IMG/VR virus record: IMGVR_UViG_3300005512_000035
Location: 1 to 58,948 of that record
Strand: one strand, 5' to 3'
Source of the DNA: a virus
Taxonomy: Duplodnaviria > Caudoviricetes
DNA length: 58,948 bases
Shown here: in pieces, positions 38,092-47,519 of the stretch
Position numbering within the stretch: position 1 is the stretch's first letter
Layout: each line of letters starts with the position of its first letter
Position numbers and translations under genes: made by a program
The notes under the pieces: generated by a model
Databases searched by the model: none
The model's input: only the letters and a program-made list of their open reading frames with translations
Told to the model about the DNA's origin: nothing

Positions 38092-40478
38092 TGGCTATGC
38101 AACCCCGCCCAAGCAATGTAGATCGCAGTCTCCTGCAAGCTCCTAACGACACTTTCAGTCTTGAAGAAGAAATGCTCCGCGAACAAGAACAACAGTTTTT
38201 GGACGATGATATTTCGGTAGAGATAGAAGAAGATGGCGAAGGTGGGGCAGAAATCACCTTCGGTGAAGAAGAAACAGAGTTTGGTGTTGAGCCAGATGAT
38301 TTTTATGACAACCTTGCTGAGTATGTCAGTGATGATACGCTTGCGGGCGTAGCTACTTATGTCCTCGATAGCGTTGAAGAAGATAAGTCAAGCCGCGAAG
38401 ATTGGGTAGAAACCTACACTAAAGGTCTAGATTTGCTCGGTTTGAAGTACGAAGCCCGTACCGAACCGTTTGATGGCGCAACAGGCGTCATTCACCCCGT
38501 ATTGAATGAGGCTGTGACTCAATTCCAAGCGGGTGCGTACAAAGAGATGCTCCCTAGTAAGGGTCCAGTACGCGCAAATATCGTAGGGGTAGCGTCTCCA
38601 GAGCTCGAAAAACAGGCACAACGCGTCCAAGATTACATGAACTACATGATCATGTACCGCATGGAGGAGTACGAGCCTGAGTTTGACCAGATGTTGTACT
38701 ACTTGGGACTTGCAGGTAGCGCATTTAAGAAGGTTTACCGTGATGATACGCTCGCAAGACCTGTGAGCAAGTTCGTTCCTGCCGAAGATATTGTTGCACC
38801 GTACACTGCAACTGACCTAAAAAGCGCGGAACGCATCACTCACGTCCTTAAAATGTCAACAAACGAGCTCAGAAAGCTCCAAGTTAGCGGTTTTTACAAA
38901 GATGTTGACGTCCAAGCTGATGAAGAGTCGGCTGAGAGCGAAATCCAAGAGGCTTATGACAAGCTCGAGGGTCGTGAAAGCACAGGTAGTGACGAAGAAA
39001 CGACGTTATACGAGTGCCATTGCTATTTGGACTTGATGGAGTACCCAGATTTAGACGCAGAAGGCGAAGAAACAGGTATTAAGCTACCGTATATCGTCAC
39101 TGTCAGCTCTGAGAGCCAAGAAGTATTGTCAATCCGCCGTAATTTCCGTGCGGATGACCCATTAAAGAACAAAATACCTCATTTTGTCCACTACAAGTTC
39201 ACTCCAGGACTCGGTTTTTACGGTTTTGGACTTATCCACCTGCTTGGTAACCTCAGCCGGACTGCTACTGCCAACCTGCGTCAGCTAATTGACGCCGGAA
39301 CACTCAGTAACATGCCTGCGGGCTTCAAAGCGCGTGGTTTACGCATTGCAGATGACCAAAATCCTCTCCAACCAGGAGAGTTTAGGGATGTTGACGTTCC
39401 TGGTGGCGATTTACGAACTTCGTTGATGCCCCTGCCGTACAAAGAGCCTAGTGCAACGCTAATGCAGTTGATGGGCTTTGTTATTGAATCTGCTCAACGC
39501 TTTATTGGCACAACAGATATGGGCGTGGGCGATGGCAGACAGGAAATGCCAGTTGGAACAACTATTGCACTCCTTGAGCGCGGAGCTCGGATCGTCAGTG
39601 CAGTGCATAAACGGTTGCATGCGAGCCTCAAGCAAGAACTTAAGATGCTCGCAGAGCTGTTTGCTCAAGACCCTACACCTTACCCTTATCAGGTCGGAAC
39701 TGACCAACAGATTAAGCCGCAAGACTTTGACGATCGGGTGGACATTTTGCCCGTCAGTGACCCCAACATCTTCAGCATGTCGCAAAGGGTGGTGTTAGCC
39801 CAAGAGCAACTCAAACTCGCACAAGCCGCACCTGAGTTACACAACATTCACGAGGCGTATCGCCGCGTGTACGAAGCCTTGGGTGTGAACAATATTGAAG
39901 GGCTATTGAAACCTGCACCTGTACCACAGCCGATGGATCCCTCTTCTGAGAACCAGTTTGCAAGCCAAGCGGCGGCAGGTCAGGGCAAAATGCAGGCGTT
40001 CCCAGAGCAAGACCACGATGCTCACATGGCGGTACACCTTGCTTACATGCAGTCCAAAGTTGCACAGATGCAACCTGCGGTACTCATGACGCTAGAAAAA
40101 CACATCTATGAGCATATCGGTATGAAGGCTCAGGTATTGCACGATCAACAGATGGCGCAAAACCCACAAGCACAGCAACAACCACCAGAAGAACATGCCA
40201 AGATGATTGCTCAGCTACAGGCACAGTTGATTCAACAGTATCAACAGCAAATGCCACCACAGCCACAGCAAGACCCGCTTGTACAGATCAAGCAACAAGA
40301 GTTGGCACTGCGCGAGCAAGAAATGCAGATGGATCAACAAAGCGATCAGCAAAAACTTCAGTTGGATGCACAACGGGCGGCGCAAAACGCAGATATCGCC
40401 AGAGAGCGTATTCAGTCTACAGAAGATATTGCCAACATGCGGGCGCAGATTGCTCTGCAACGTCAGCAAGGTAGATAA
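38091..40478 (+). CDS. Portal protein (P22-like)
   Basis: Follows terL; HPVL.EAVTQFQA, GSAFKKVY, GFYGFGL, PVGTT.AL; Gln-rich coiled-coil tail. Confidence 0.9.
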   Translation: MAMQPRPSNVDRSLLQAPNDTFSLEEEMLREQEQQFLDDDISVEIEEDGEGGAEITFGEEETEFGVEPDDFYDNLAEYVSDDTLAGVATYVLDSVEEDKSSREDWVETYTKGLDLLGLKYEARTEPFDGATGVIHPVLNEAVTQFQAGAYKEMLPSKGPVRANIVGVASPELEKQAQRVQDYMNYMIMYRMEEYEPEFDQMLYYLGLAGSAFKKVYRDDTLARPVSKFVPAEDIVAPYTATDLKSAERITHVLKMSTNELRKLQVSGFYKDVDVQADEESAESEIQEAYDKLEGRESTGSDEETTLYECHCYLDLMEYPDLDAEGEETGIKLPYIVTVSSESQEVLSIRRNFRADDPLKNKIPHFVHYKFTPGLGFYGFGLIHLLGNLSRTATANLRQLIDAGTLSNMPAGFKARGLRIADDQNPLQPGEFRDVDVPGGDLRTSLMPLPYKEPSATLMQLMGFVIESAQRFIGTTDMGVGDGRQEMPVGTTIALLERGARIVSAVHKRLHASLKQELKMLAELFAQDPTPYPYQVGTDQQIKPQDFDDRVDILPVSDPNIFSMSQRVVLAQEQLKLAQAAPELHNIHEAYRRVYEALGVNNIEGLLKPAPVPQPMDPSSENQFASQAAAGQGKMQAFPEQDHDAHMAVHLAYMQSKVAQMQPAVLMTLEKHIYEHIGMKAQVLHDQQMAQNPQAQQQPPEEHAKMIAQLQAQLIQQYQQQMPPQPQQDPLVQIKQQELALREQEMQMDQQSDQQKLQLDAQRAAQNADIARERIQSTEDIANMRAQIALQRQQGR

Positions 40479-40480
40479 CT

Positions 40481-40885
40481 GTGCCTGATGGACGTGTGCT
40501 GATCGATGCGTTCCAAGTTTTATGTGACTCCGAATATCACGCTGAATGGGGAGAGCAGAAGATCGCTGATTACATCATCGGTCCTTGGCTCAATGACCGA
40601 TTACATGTAGTGTATGTAGAAGGCCAACCGGAGTGCATGATTACTTGGACATACTTGCCTCCAGACAGGGAGCGTAAGTACATAGATAATCCTTCAAGTC
40701 TAAATGCTTTAGATTTTGAGTATCAATACGGTAGGCTTTGGGTTATAGATTATGCCGCGCCCTATGGCTCGTGCAAACAGTGCGCTAAGGAGATCCGTAA
40801 AATGGCTCGTTCTTGGTGGGGTAGAGGAGTAAAAGCGCGGATCTTCCGCACTGAACAAAATAGATTAGGTTGGATGGTGACATGA
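40481..40885 (+). CDS. Toxin-activating acyltransferase (HlyC/TAAT family) homolog
   Basis: SEYH matches the catalytic SxxH; GQPECMITW; RLWVIDYAAPYG matches LWxxDxxAPFG. Confidence 0.75.
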   Translation: MPDGRVLIDAFQVLCDSEYHAEWGEQKIADYIIGPWLNDRLHVVYVEGQPECMITWTYLPPDRERKYIDNPSSLNALDFEYQYGRLWVIDYAAPYGSCKQCAKEIRKMARSWWGRGVKARIFRTEQNRLGWMVT

Positions 40886-41652
40886 GATTCTACAACAGAC
40901 GCAAGTTTAGAGACGATTTGTTTGGTTGGGAAGAGCAACCATGCGATTATGATCAGTTTGAAGAATTAAAGTATTGCTTTGGCGGCGGCGGCGGAGGCGG
41001 CGGTGGCGGTGGGTCGAATAAGCCACAAGTTGATTCAAAACCTAAAAACACATATAATTTCAATCAGTCTAAGTCTACTAACCGTCCTGACGATGCTCCT
41101 GCTCCTACTTCCTCCAATGTGGGGGTTGTTAGTAAGTCTCCTGCACCTAGTTATGGATACGATTATCCAGGGGCTGATGCGTTTGCCACTAAAGTAGGAC
41201 AATCGGCCGCGCCCACTGCTAGTTATACCATGGACGCAACCGGAGTAGGGATGCCTACCACTCTGTCTCAATCTGGTATTGGTGGGTTGGGTGCTACTAC
41301 CAGTTACGGGTCATTGGCTGATATCGAGGCGGCGAGAGACCCGATAGGATCTGCGATTGGCAATCTCAACTACAATGCCCCAACAGGCGCACTTGGGTTT
41401 GGGCAGTCTATGTATGATCAAGTAAAAGATCAGTACGCTGACATACGAGATAAAGTAGATGCGGCAAGGACTTTTAGTATTGGTCCAGGAGATCTCACAT
41501 TAGGCGGCAGTCTAAACCCAAATAACCCAAGTATTTCCGGTACATATTCTGTACAAGACCCATTTGGTCTAGGCGGTGAGCTTTCTGCTAAAGGGACGTA
41601 TGGGACTAAAAGTGGGATAGGTGGCTTGCTGTCCTACACCAAACTGTTTTAA
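40882..41652 (+). CDS. Poly-Gly protein with beta-rich, Phe-terminated C-terminus
   Basis: ATGA-coupled to the acyltransferase; KYCF followed by 11 Gly; ends GGLLSYTKLF. Confidence 0.7.
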   Translation: MRFYNRRKFRDDLFGWEEQPCDYDQFEELKYCFGGGGGGGGGGGSNKPQVDSKPKNTYNFNQSKSTNRPDDAPAPTSSNVGVVSKSPAPSYGYDYPGADAFATKVGQSAAPTASYTMDATGVGMPTTLSQSGIGGLGATTSYGSLADIEAARDPIGSAIGNLNYNAPTGALGFGQSMYDQVKDQYADIRDKVDAARTFSIGPGDLTLGGSLNPNNPSISGTYSVQDPFGLGGELSAKGTYGTKSGIGGLLSYTKLF

Positions 41653-41661
41653 GGAGTAGTC

Positions 41662-41820
41662 ATGAACGGTAAAAAAGGTCAAACCTGCCAAGCCTGCGAA
41701 GAAGGCTATAGAACGGTGCTGAATGCGCGTACTGATACGGCTACTCGTGAAGCCAAAGAAAAGATTTCTCGTGGGCGTGGTCAAGCTCTGACAGGCATTA
41801 AGTTCCGTGGGGTAAAATAA
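41662..41820 (+). CDS. Small basic protein
   Basis: AAGGAG RBS; 52 aa ending RGRGQALTGIKFRGVK; not in the ORF track. Confidence 0.6.
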   Translation: MNGKKGQTCQACEEGYRTVLNARTDTATREAKEKISRGRGQALTGIKFRGVK

Positions 41821-42137
41821 TGACGGAAGAAATGCAAAAGTACGACATGAATGGTAATGGGAAGTTAGACCCAGAAGAACGTGAAATCATGCTTGAAGAC
41901 CGTCGTCGTAGAATGATGGATGATGATGCACAGCGTGATGCTCAACGTCGTATGGCGTGGTTTGCTTTGTTTGGGCTCTTACTGTATCCGTTTGGTATTT
42001 TTATGGCCGATGTAATGTCTATGGGCAAAGCGGCTGAATTGATTGCAGATATCGCACCAACTTACTTTGTGTCGATTTCTGTTTTGGTGTCAGCGTTCTT
42101 CGGAGCTAGTGCGCTAAAGGCCAGAAAGGAGAGTTAG
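41820..42137 (+). CDS. Membrane protein with EF-hand-like loop (holin/antiholin candidate)
   Basis: DMNGNGKLDPEE plus two transmembrane helices. Confidence 0.6.
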   Translation: MTEEMQKYDMNGNGKLDPEEREIMLEDRRRRMMDDDAQRDAQRRMAWFALFGLLLYPFGIFMADVMSMGKAAELIADIAPTYFVSISVLVSAFFGASALKARKES

Positions 42138-42341
42138 TTGATTTTGGTGTTCGCGCTGATGGTTGTCTTGGATGGGAAACCACAGCCTCAAGACACTTCA
42201 TATTGGTACGACATCAATCGATGCAATTATTTTGCCGCTAGAGTAGGCAAATGGAGATACAACTATTGGACAAAGCGTAAAGTAGACGCTTACTGTGTGC
42301 CTAAGAAAGTAAAGGAAGGCTCAGTTGAAGTGTTCAGGTAA
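42138..42341 (+). CDS. Small hypothetical protein
   Basis: Hydrophobic N-terminus; CNYFA...AYCVP. Confidence 0.55.
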   Translation: MILVFALMVVLDGKPQPQDTSYWYDINRCNYFAARVGKWRYNYWTKRKVDAYCVPKKVKEGSVEVFR

Positions 42342-42434
42342 AGGAAAAGCAACATGTTAAAACCGATCGATTTGCAGTTGATACTTACAGTGTCATCATT
42401 GTCTTTCATTACAGCTTGGATTGTGGGGTAAGCT

Positions 42435-42830
42435 ATGCTACAGGCTTTAATAGGACCCGTAACTGGAATACTTGATAAGTTTATCGAGGACAAAGACGCT
42501 AAAAATGCAATGGCTCATGAGATTGCGACGATGGCCGAAAAAGCCGCTCATGAAGCGGCTATGGCACAGGTTGAAGTCAATAAAGCAGAAGCTCAACATC
42601 GGAGCATTTTTGTGGCGGGGTGGCGTCCATTTATTGGTTGGACTTGTGGTATTGCTCTCGCTTATCACTTTGTTGCCAATCCTCTTATTATGTTTGCTGT
42701 TACAGTTGCAGGAGTGGATATCCCTGCTCTACCGTCGTTTGACATGGACTCGCTGATGACAGTTCTATTGGGCATGCTCGGTTTAGGTGGTATGCGTAGC
42801 TTTGAGAAAATGAAAGGACTGACAAAATGA
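42435..42830 (+). CDS. Holin (3TM, GTA-holin-like)
   Basis: EVNKAEA.H.S.FVAGWRPFIGW...L.GMLGLGGMRSFEK. Confidence 0.8.
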   Translation: MLQALIGPVTGILDKFIEDKDAKNAMAHEIATMAEKAAHEAAMAQVEVNKAEAQHRSIFVAGWRPFIGWTCGIALAYHFVANPLIMFAVTVAGVDIPALPSFDMDSLMTVLLGMLGLGGMRSFEKMKGLTK

Positions 42831-43279
42831 GTTTTAAACTATCACAACGTAGCCTAGATAAGTTAGAAGGTGTAGACGAGCGTCTGGTAAACGTCGTCAA
42901 ACGCGCCATAGAGCTCACAGACACCGATTTCGGGGTAATCTGTGGGTTGCGTACCGAAGAAGAACAACGCGCTCTGGTGGAGAAGGGAGCGTCTAAGACG
43001 ATGAAGTCAAAGCACATTGAAGGCAGAGCGGTAGATTTGATGGCTTATGTCGGCGGTCGTGGTTGTTGGGAACTTAGTGTGTACGACAATATTGCTGAGG
43101 CTGTTCAACAAGCGGCCTCTGAGCAGGGCGTTGCTATCCGTTGGGGTGCGGCTTGGAACATAAATGATGTTCGTGAGTGGGAGGGAACCATGGAAGAAGC
43201 GATGAACTTCTATGTAGATACTCGCCGCGCTGAAGGGAAACGCCCTTTTATTGATGCACCACATTTTGAGTTAGTGTGA
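42827..43279 (+). CDS. Endolysin, peptidase M15 family
   Basis: S...L.GV...L, G.RT.EEQ, SKH..G.AVD, RWG, DAPHFEL. Confidence 0.9.
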   Translation: MSFKLSQRSLDKLEGVDERLVNVVKRAIELTDTDFGVICGLRTEEEQRALVEKGASKTMKSKHIEGRAVDLMAYVGGRGCWELSVYDNIAEAVQQAASEQGVAIRWGAAWNINDVREWEGTMEEAMNFYVDTRRAEGKRPFIDAPHFELV

Positions 43280-43476
43280 TGAATGACCTTTACATTTATG
43301 AAAACATGCTTAAGAATGTCAGGGAACGGCAAAAGTCAGTAACGGAAGCTATCTGTTATGGTCCTGTTGCAGACTTTACCGCCTTCAAGGAACTCCGAGC
43401 TAGACTCGGGGAGCTTGCTCAAACTGAACAGGATCTTAAAGACCTGCTAAACAAGGTGTCTGATACAGATGACTAA
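43279..43476 (+). CDS. Hypothetical protein
   Basis: Short helical ORF upstream of GroES. Confidence 0.6.
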   Translation: MNDLYIYENMLKNVRERQKSVTEAICYGPVADFTAFKELRARLGELAQTEQDLKDLLNKVSDTDD

Positions 43477-43960
43477 AACATTACTCGTACCTGATTATAT
43501 CGCCGAAGAACGGGCGAAAAAAGAACAACCAGAATCAAAGGGCAAAAAGGGTATCTTAGAAGAGGCGTATGTAGCCCCTGAAGAGCGTTACCTAGACCCA
43601 AGCAAATTACCAGAATCCGCTGTTGATCGATTACCGCAACCAACGGGATGGCGACTTTTATTGTTGCCGTTTCAAGGACGGAAAAAGACTGAAGGCGGAA
43701 TCTTACTACCAGACGAAGCCCGTGAGCGTGAGCAAGTGGCTACTGTCTGCGGATATGTATTACGGGTTGGTCCGCTTGCGTACCAAGACCCAAATAAATT
43801 CGGAGAAGATGCCGAGCCTTGGTGTAAAGAAGGCGATTGGGTTATCTTCGGCCGATATGCCGGAAGTCGTTTCAAGATTGAGGGTGGGGAAGTTCGGCTC
43901 CTCAACGATGACGAGGTACTTGCTCGCATCGGTAGCCCAGATGATATCTTGCATCTATAA
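43469..43960 (+). CDS. groES: Co-chaperonin GroES-like
   Basis: PTGWRLL...TEGGILLP...V.RVGP...GDWV.F.RYAG...RLLNDDEVLA. Confidence 0.9.
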   Translation: MTKTLLVPDYIAEERAKKEQPESKGKKGILEEAYVAPEERYLDPSKLPESAVDRLPQPTGWRLLLLPFQGRKKTEGGILLPDEAREREQVATVCGYVLRVGPLAYQDPNKFGEDAEPWCKEGDWVIFGRYAGSRFKIEGGEVRLLNDDEVLARIGSPDDILHL

Positions 43961-43975
43961 CATGGAGAGAGCACC

Positions 43976-44893
43976 ATGCCAGAAGAAGTAAAAAACCAAC
44001 TCGAGGATCAGGAAACTGAAAACGAGATCGAGGTTGAAGTCGAGGAAGACGGGGATACGGAATCACAGGAAGCATCAGCTTCCGGAGAATCCGACTCTCC
44101 AGAACCCGCCAAAGCCTCCGGAGACGACGAGCTAGAAAATTATGGCGAAGGCGTCCAGAAACGTATTAGTAAGCTCACTGCAAAAATGCGGGAAGCTGAA
44201 CGTCGTGAGCAAGCCGCGTTGGAATACGCTAAGTCCGTACACAGACAGCTCGAAGAAGCAAACACACGGACAACTACTCTAGACAACTCTTTTGTAACTG
44301 AGTTTGAAGGACGTATCACATACCAAGAGCAAGCATTGCGTAACCAGTTGCGTGACGCTATTGATCGTGGTGATGTTGATGGTCAGGTAGAAGCGCAACG
44401 TCAGCTCGCTCAGATCGCGACAGAAACACAGCGTCTTAACTACATCAAGTCTCAACGTGAACAGCAGGCACAACAGCCTGTACAGCCTCAGGTTCAACAG
44501 CAAGTCCAACAGCCACAACAACCGCAACCAGACCCGAAAGCTGAGGCTTGGGCAGAGCGGAATGAGTGGTTTGGGCAAAACGAGCCTATGACACTTACCG
44601 CGTTTAGTATCCATAAGCAGTTGGCAGAGAACGAAGGGTTCGACACAACTAGCGATGAATACTATGCCGAGCTAGACCGCAGAATGCGTGTTGAGTTTCC
44701 GCATAAGTTTGCTGATTCCTCAGCATCAAGGGCGACTAGAAGTGGTCCTGCCGTTGCCGGAGCAACTCGTAATTCGAGCAAAAATAGCTCAGGTAAGGTA
44801 AAATTATCAAAATCTCAAGTTGCTATTGCGAATAAACTTGGGGTAAGTTTAGAACAATATGCGAAGCAAGTCGCTCGCATGCAAAATTCGTGA
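43976..44893 (+). CDS. Capsid scaffolding-like protein
   Basis: Acidic N-terminus, coiled coil, C-terminal LSKSQVAIA.KLGV..EQYAK. Confidence 0.7.
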   Translation: MPEEVKNQLEDQETENEIEVEVEEDGDTESQEASASGESDSPEPAKASGDDELENYGEGVQKRISKLTAKMREAERREQAALEYAKSVHRQLEEANTRTTTLDNSFVTEFEGRITYQEQALRNQLRDAIDRGDVDGQVEAQRQLAQIATETQRLNYIKSQREQQAQQPVQPQVQQQVQQPQQPQPDPKAEAWAERNEWFGQNEPMTLTAFSIHKQLAENEGFDTTSDEYYAELDRRMRVEFPHKFADSSASRATRSGPAVAGATRNSSKNSSGKVKLSKSQVAIANKLGVSLEQYAKQVARMQNS

Positions 44894-44903
44894 GGAAGGT
44901 TAC

Positions 44904-45365
44904 ATGACCGATAGAAGCCCACGCTCTACCCAATCAAGGGAAAAAACAAGCCGCGCTAAACCGTGGCGACCACCGTCTACACTGGACGCTCCACCTGCTC
45001 CAGAGGGGTACGTTCATCGTTGGATCCGTGAATCTATCATGGGTGTTGACGATAAGAAAAACCTTTCTGCCCGCCTCCGCGAAGGCTTTGAACTTGTTCG
45101 CGCTGATGAGTACCCTGATTTTGAAGCCCCTACTGTTCAGGACGGCAAACATGCCGGAGTGATTGGGGTTGGAGGTCTGGTACTTGCTAGATTCCCTGAA
45201 GAGACTCGTTCTCAGCGCACATCACATTTCCGTCAGCAAACGGCTGACCAAATGACCGCTGTAGATAATGATCTCATGAGGGAGCAACATCCGTCTATGC
45301 CTATCAGCAAACCTGAAAGGCAGTCTCGTGTAACTTTCGGCGGAAATGGTTCCGGCGATAACTAA
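44904..45365 (+). CDS. Conserved head-module protein
   Basis: W.PPS.LDAP..PEGY.HRWIR...REG.E.V...GGLVLA. Confidence 0.7.
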   Translation: MTDRSPRSTQSREKTSRAKPWRPPSTLDAPPAPEGYVHRWIRESIMGVDDKKNLSARLREGFELVRADEYPDFEAPTVQDGKHAGVIGVGGLVLARFPEETRSQRTSHFRQQTADQMTAVDNDLMREQHPSMPISKPERQSRVTFGGNGSGDN

Positions 45366-45379
45366 AAAGGATCTGAGCT

Positions 45380-45997
45380 ATGGCAAATCTTGATGCCGCT
45401 TTTGGACTTCGTCCATACAAAATGCTCGGTGCAGGTGCAAACACTAATGGTGTCATGACCTTCAAAATCCAGACTAGCGCGACAGCGGGTACTTCCAGTG
45501 TTATTTACGAAGGTAGTCCTGTTATCCCTCTAGCCAATGGTATGGTTGACATCGTGGGAGCCGCCGCAGGCGGTACTGTACCTCTACTGGGTGCTTTCAT
45601 CGGTTGTAACTACATTGCACTTGATGGTACTCCAACGTTCACTAACAAGTGGCCTGGAACTTCAAGCGTAAAGTCAGGAACTGAGGCAACAGCCTTGGTT
45701 GCGGCACACCCTGATCAACTCTTCTTGATCAACTGTAACGCCGCCGCCGCTGATTCAGCGATTAACGCAAACGCTAACTTTGCAACTGCTACTTCTGGTG
45801 ATGCAACGACTGGTAAGTCATCTGCTGAACTGGCTGTATCAACTGTAAACACAACGAACACGCTAAACTTGCGTATTGTCGGTTATGAAGATTCTCCTTC
45901 TAACGATGACGCAACTGTGGCAGGTCGTTTGGCGATTGTTATGATTAACAACCACTTCTATCGTTACGGTGCTAACGGTACTGGTGCAGGTGTGTAA
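45380..45997 (+). CDS. Capsid decoration/cement protein
   Basis: MAN.DA.FGLRP start, beta-rich; directly upstream of the major capsid gene. Confidence 0.65.
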   Translation: MANLDAAFGLRPYKMLGAGANTNGVMTFKIQTSATAGTSSVIYEGSPVIPLANGMVDIVGAAAGGTVPLLGAFIGCNYIALDGTPTFTNKWPGTSSVKSGTEATALVAAHPDQLFLINCNAAAADSAINANANFATATSGDATTGKSSAELAVSTVNTTNTLNLRIVGYEDSPSNDDATVAGRLAIVMINNHFYRYGANGTGAGV

Positions 45998-46008
45998 GGA
46001 GATAGGAA

Positions 46009-46917
46009 ATGGCTATTACTCGCTCCCAACTCCTGAAAGAACTTGAGCCAGGACTCAACGCTCTCTTCGGTATGGAGTACGATCGGTATGACAATGAGCA
46101 TGCTGAAATCTTTGAGACTGAAACTTCGGATCGTGCATTCGAAGAGGAAGTAATGTTGGCAGGCTTCGGCCAAGCACCTGTTAAGGGTGAAGGCGCGGCA
46201 GTCACTTATGACTCTGCAAACGAAGCGTTCACCTCACGCTATACGCACGAAACTATTGCACTAGCGTTTGCGATTACTGAAGAGGCGGTAGAGGACAACC
46301 TTTACGACCGACTCAGCTCTCGCTACACTCGTGCATTGGCTCGTTCAATGGCGAACACTAAGCAAGTTAAGGCGGCATCTGTTCTTAACAACGCATTTGA
46401 TAGCAACTTTGCTATCGGCGATGGTAAAGAGCTGTGTGCTACTGACCACCCAACTGTGGGCGGCGGTAACTTCCGCAATGAGCTGTCAACTGCGGCAGAC
46501 TTGAACGAAACATCACTTGAGCAGTCGTTGATTGACATCGCGGCGTTCATTGATGAGCGTGGTCTGAAAATTGCTCTGCAAGGGCGTAAGCTGATTATCC
46601 CACCTGCGCTTCAGTTTGTTGCTGAACGTTTGATGGCTTCTAATCTGCGTCCGTCTACAGCAGACAATGATGTCAACGCACTACGCAACATGGGTATGCT
46701 TCCAGATGGTTACGTCGTTAACCACTTCTTGACAGACCCAGATGCGTTCTTCATCAAGACTGATGCGCCTAACGGCTTTAAGCATTTTGTTCGTAGCCCA
46801 ATCAAGACGTCTATGGAAGGCGACTTCGAAACAGGCAACGTTCGCTACAAAGCTCGTGAGCGTTACAGCTTCGGTGTGTCTGACCCACGTTGTGTGTTTG
46901 GCTCTCCAGGAGCATAA
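46009..46917 (+). CDS. Major capsid protein (Mu gpT-like HK97 fold)
   Basis: MAITRSQLLKELEPGLNALFG, K.EG, ITEEA.ED, DF.TGN.RYKARERYSFG.SD.R. Confidence 0.9.
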   Translation: MAITRSQLLKELEPGLNALFGMEYDRYDNEHAEIFETETSDRAFEEEVMLAGFGQAPVKGEGAAVTYDSANEAFTSRYTHETIALAFAITEEAVEDNLYDRLSSRYTRALARSMANTKQVKAASVLNNAFDSNFAIGDGKELCATDHPTVGGGNFRNELSTAADLNETSLEQSLIDIAAFIDERGLKIALQGRKLIIPPALQFVAERLMASNLRPSTADNDVNALRNMGMLPDGYVVNHFLTDPDAFFIKTDAPNGFKHFVRSPIKTSMEGDFETGNVRYKARERYSFGVSDPRCVFGSPGA

Positions 46918-46940
46918 TCGTTTCACGTGAAACGATGTGG

Positions 46941-46969
46941 AAGGGAGGCTTGTGCCTCCCTTCTTTTTT
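46941..46969 (+). terminator. Rho-independent terminator after the capsid gene
   Basis: AAGGGAGGC-ttgt-GCCTCCCTT-CTTTTTT. Confidence 0.85.
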
Positions 46970-47036
46970 GAGTACAGTAAAGCTGTCCCTGACAGTCGCA
47001 TGGTGCGGCTGACACTAGCCAAGACAGGAGATGCAA

Positions 47037-47507
47037 ATGGCTCGCACAACCTTTTCAGGTCCGATCGTATCCCAAGCGGGTATGTTCAATGCAGGATCAG
47101 GCTCTGTTGTAGACATTACAGCAGAAACTACCCTTACAGTTGCCGCTCACGCTGGTAAAGTCATTGAAATCAATGATGCAGACGGTGCAGTAACGCTTCC
47201 CACAATTAAATCAGATGAAATCGGTGCAACATACAGGTTCTTTATTGGAACTGATGCTACTGACCTAGACATCAAAACAGACGGCACAGATAAGTTTGTT
47301 GGCTCTGTTATTGTTGCTGTAAACGACGGTACACTGAAAGCCTTCCAACCAGCCGCCACTAATGATGTAATCAGCATGAATGGTAGCACTAAAGGCGGTG
47401 ATAAAAACTCTTACGTTGATGTCACAGCTATTGCTACTGCAGAGTACATGGTTCAAGGCGTCCTTATTGGTTCTGGAACGATTGCTACTCCGTTTGCTGA
47501 CGCTTAA
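47037..47507 (+). CDS. Virion structural protein
   Basis: MARTTFSGPI start; beta-rich. Confidence 0.65.
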   Translation: MARTTFSGPIVSQAGMFNAGSGSVVDITAETTLTVAAHAGKVIEINDADGAVTLPTIKSDEIGATYRFFIGTDATDLDIKTDGTDKFVGSVIVAVNDGTLKAFQPAATNDVISMNGSTKGGDKNSYVDVTAIATAEYMVQGVLIGSGTIATPFADA

Positions 47508-47519
47508 TAGGAGGTTGTA

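Noticed and set aside
43469-43960. Phage GroES as a novelty
   Set aside because: It is already common in the head modules of aquatic phages.
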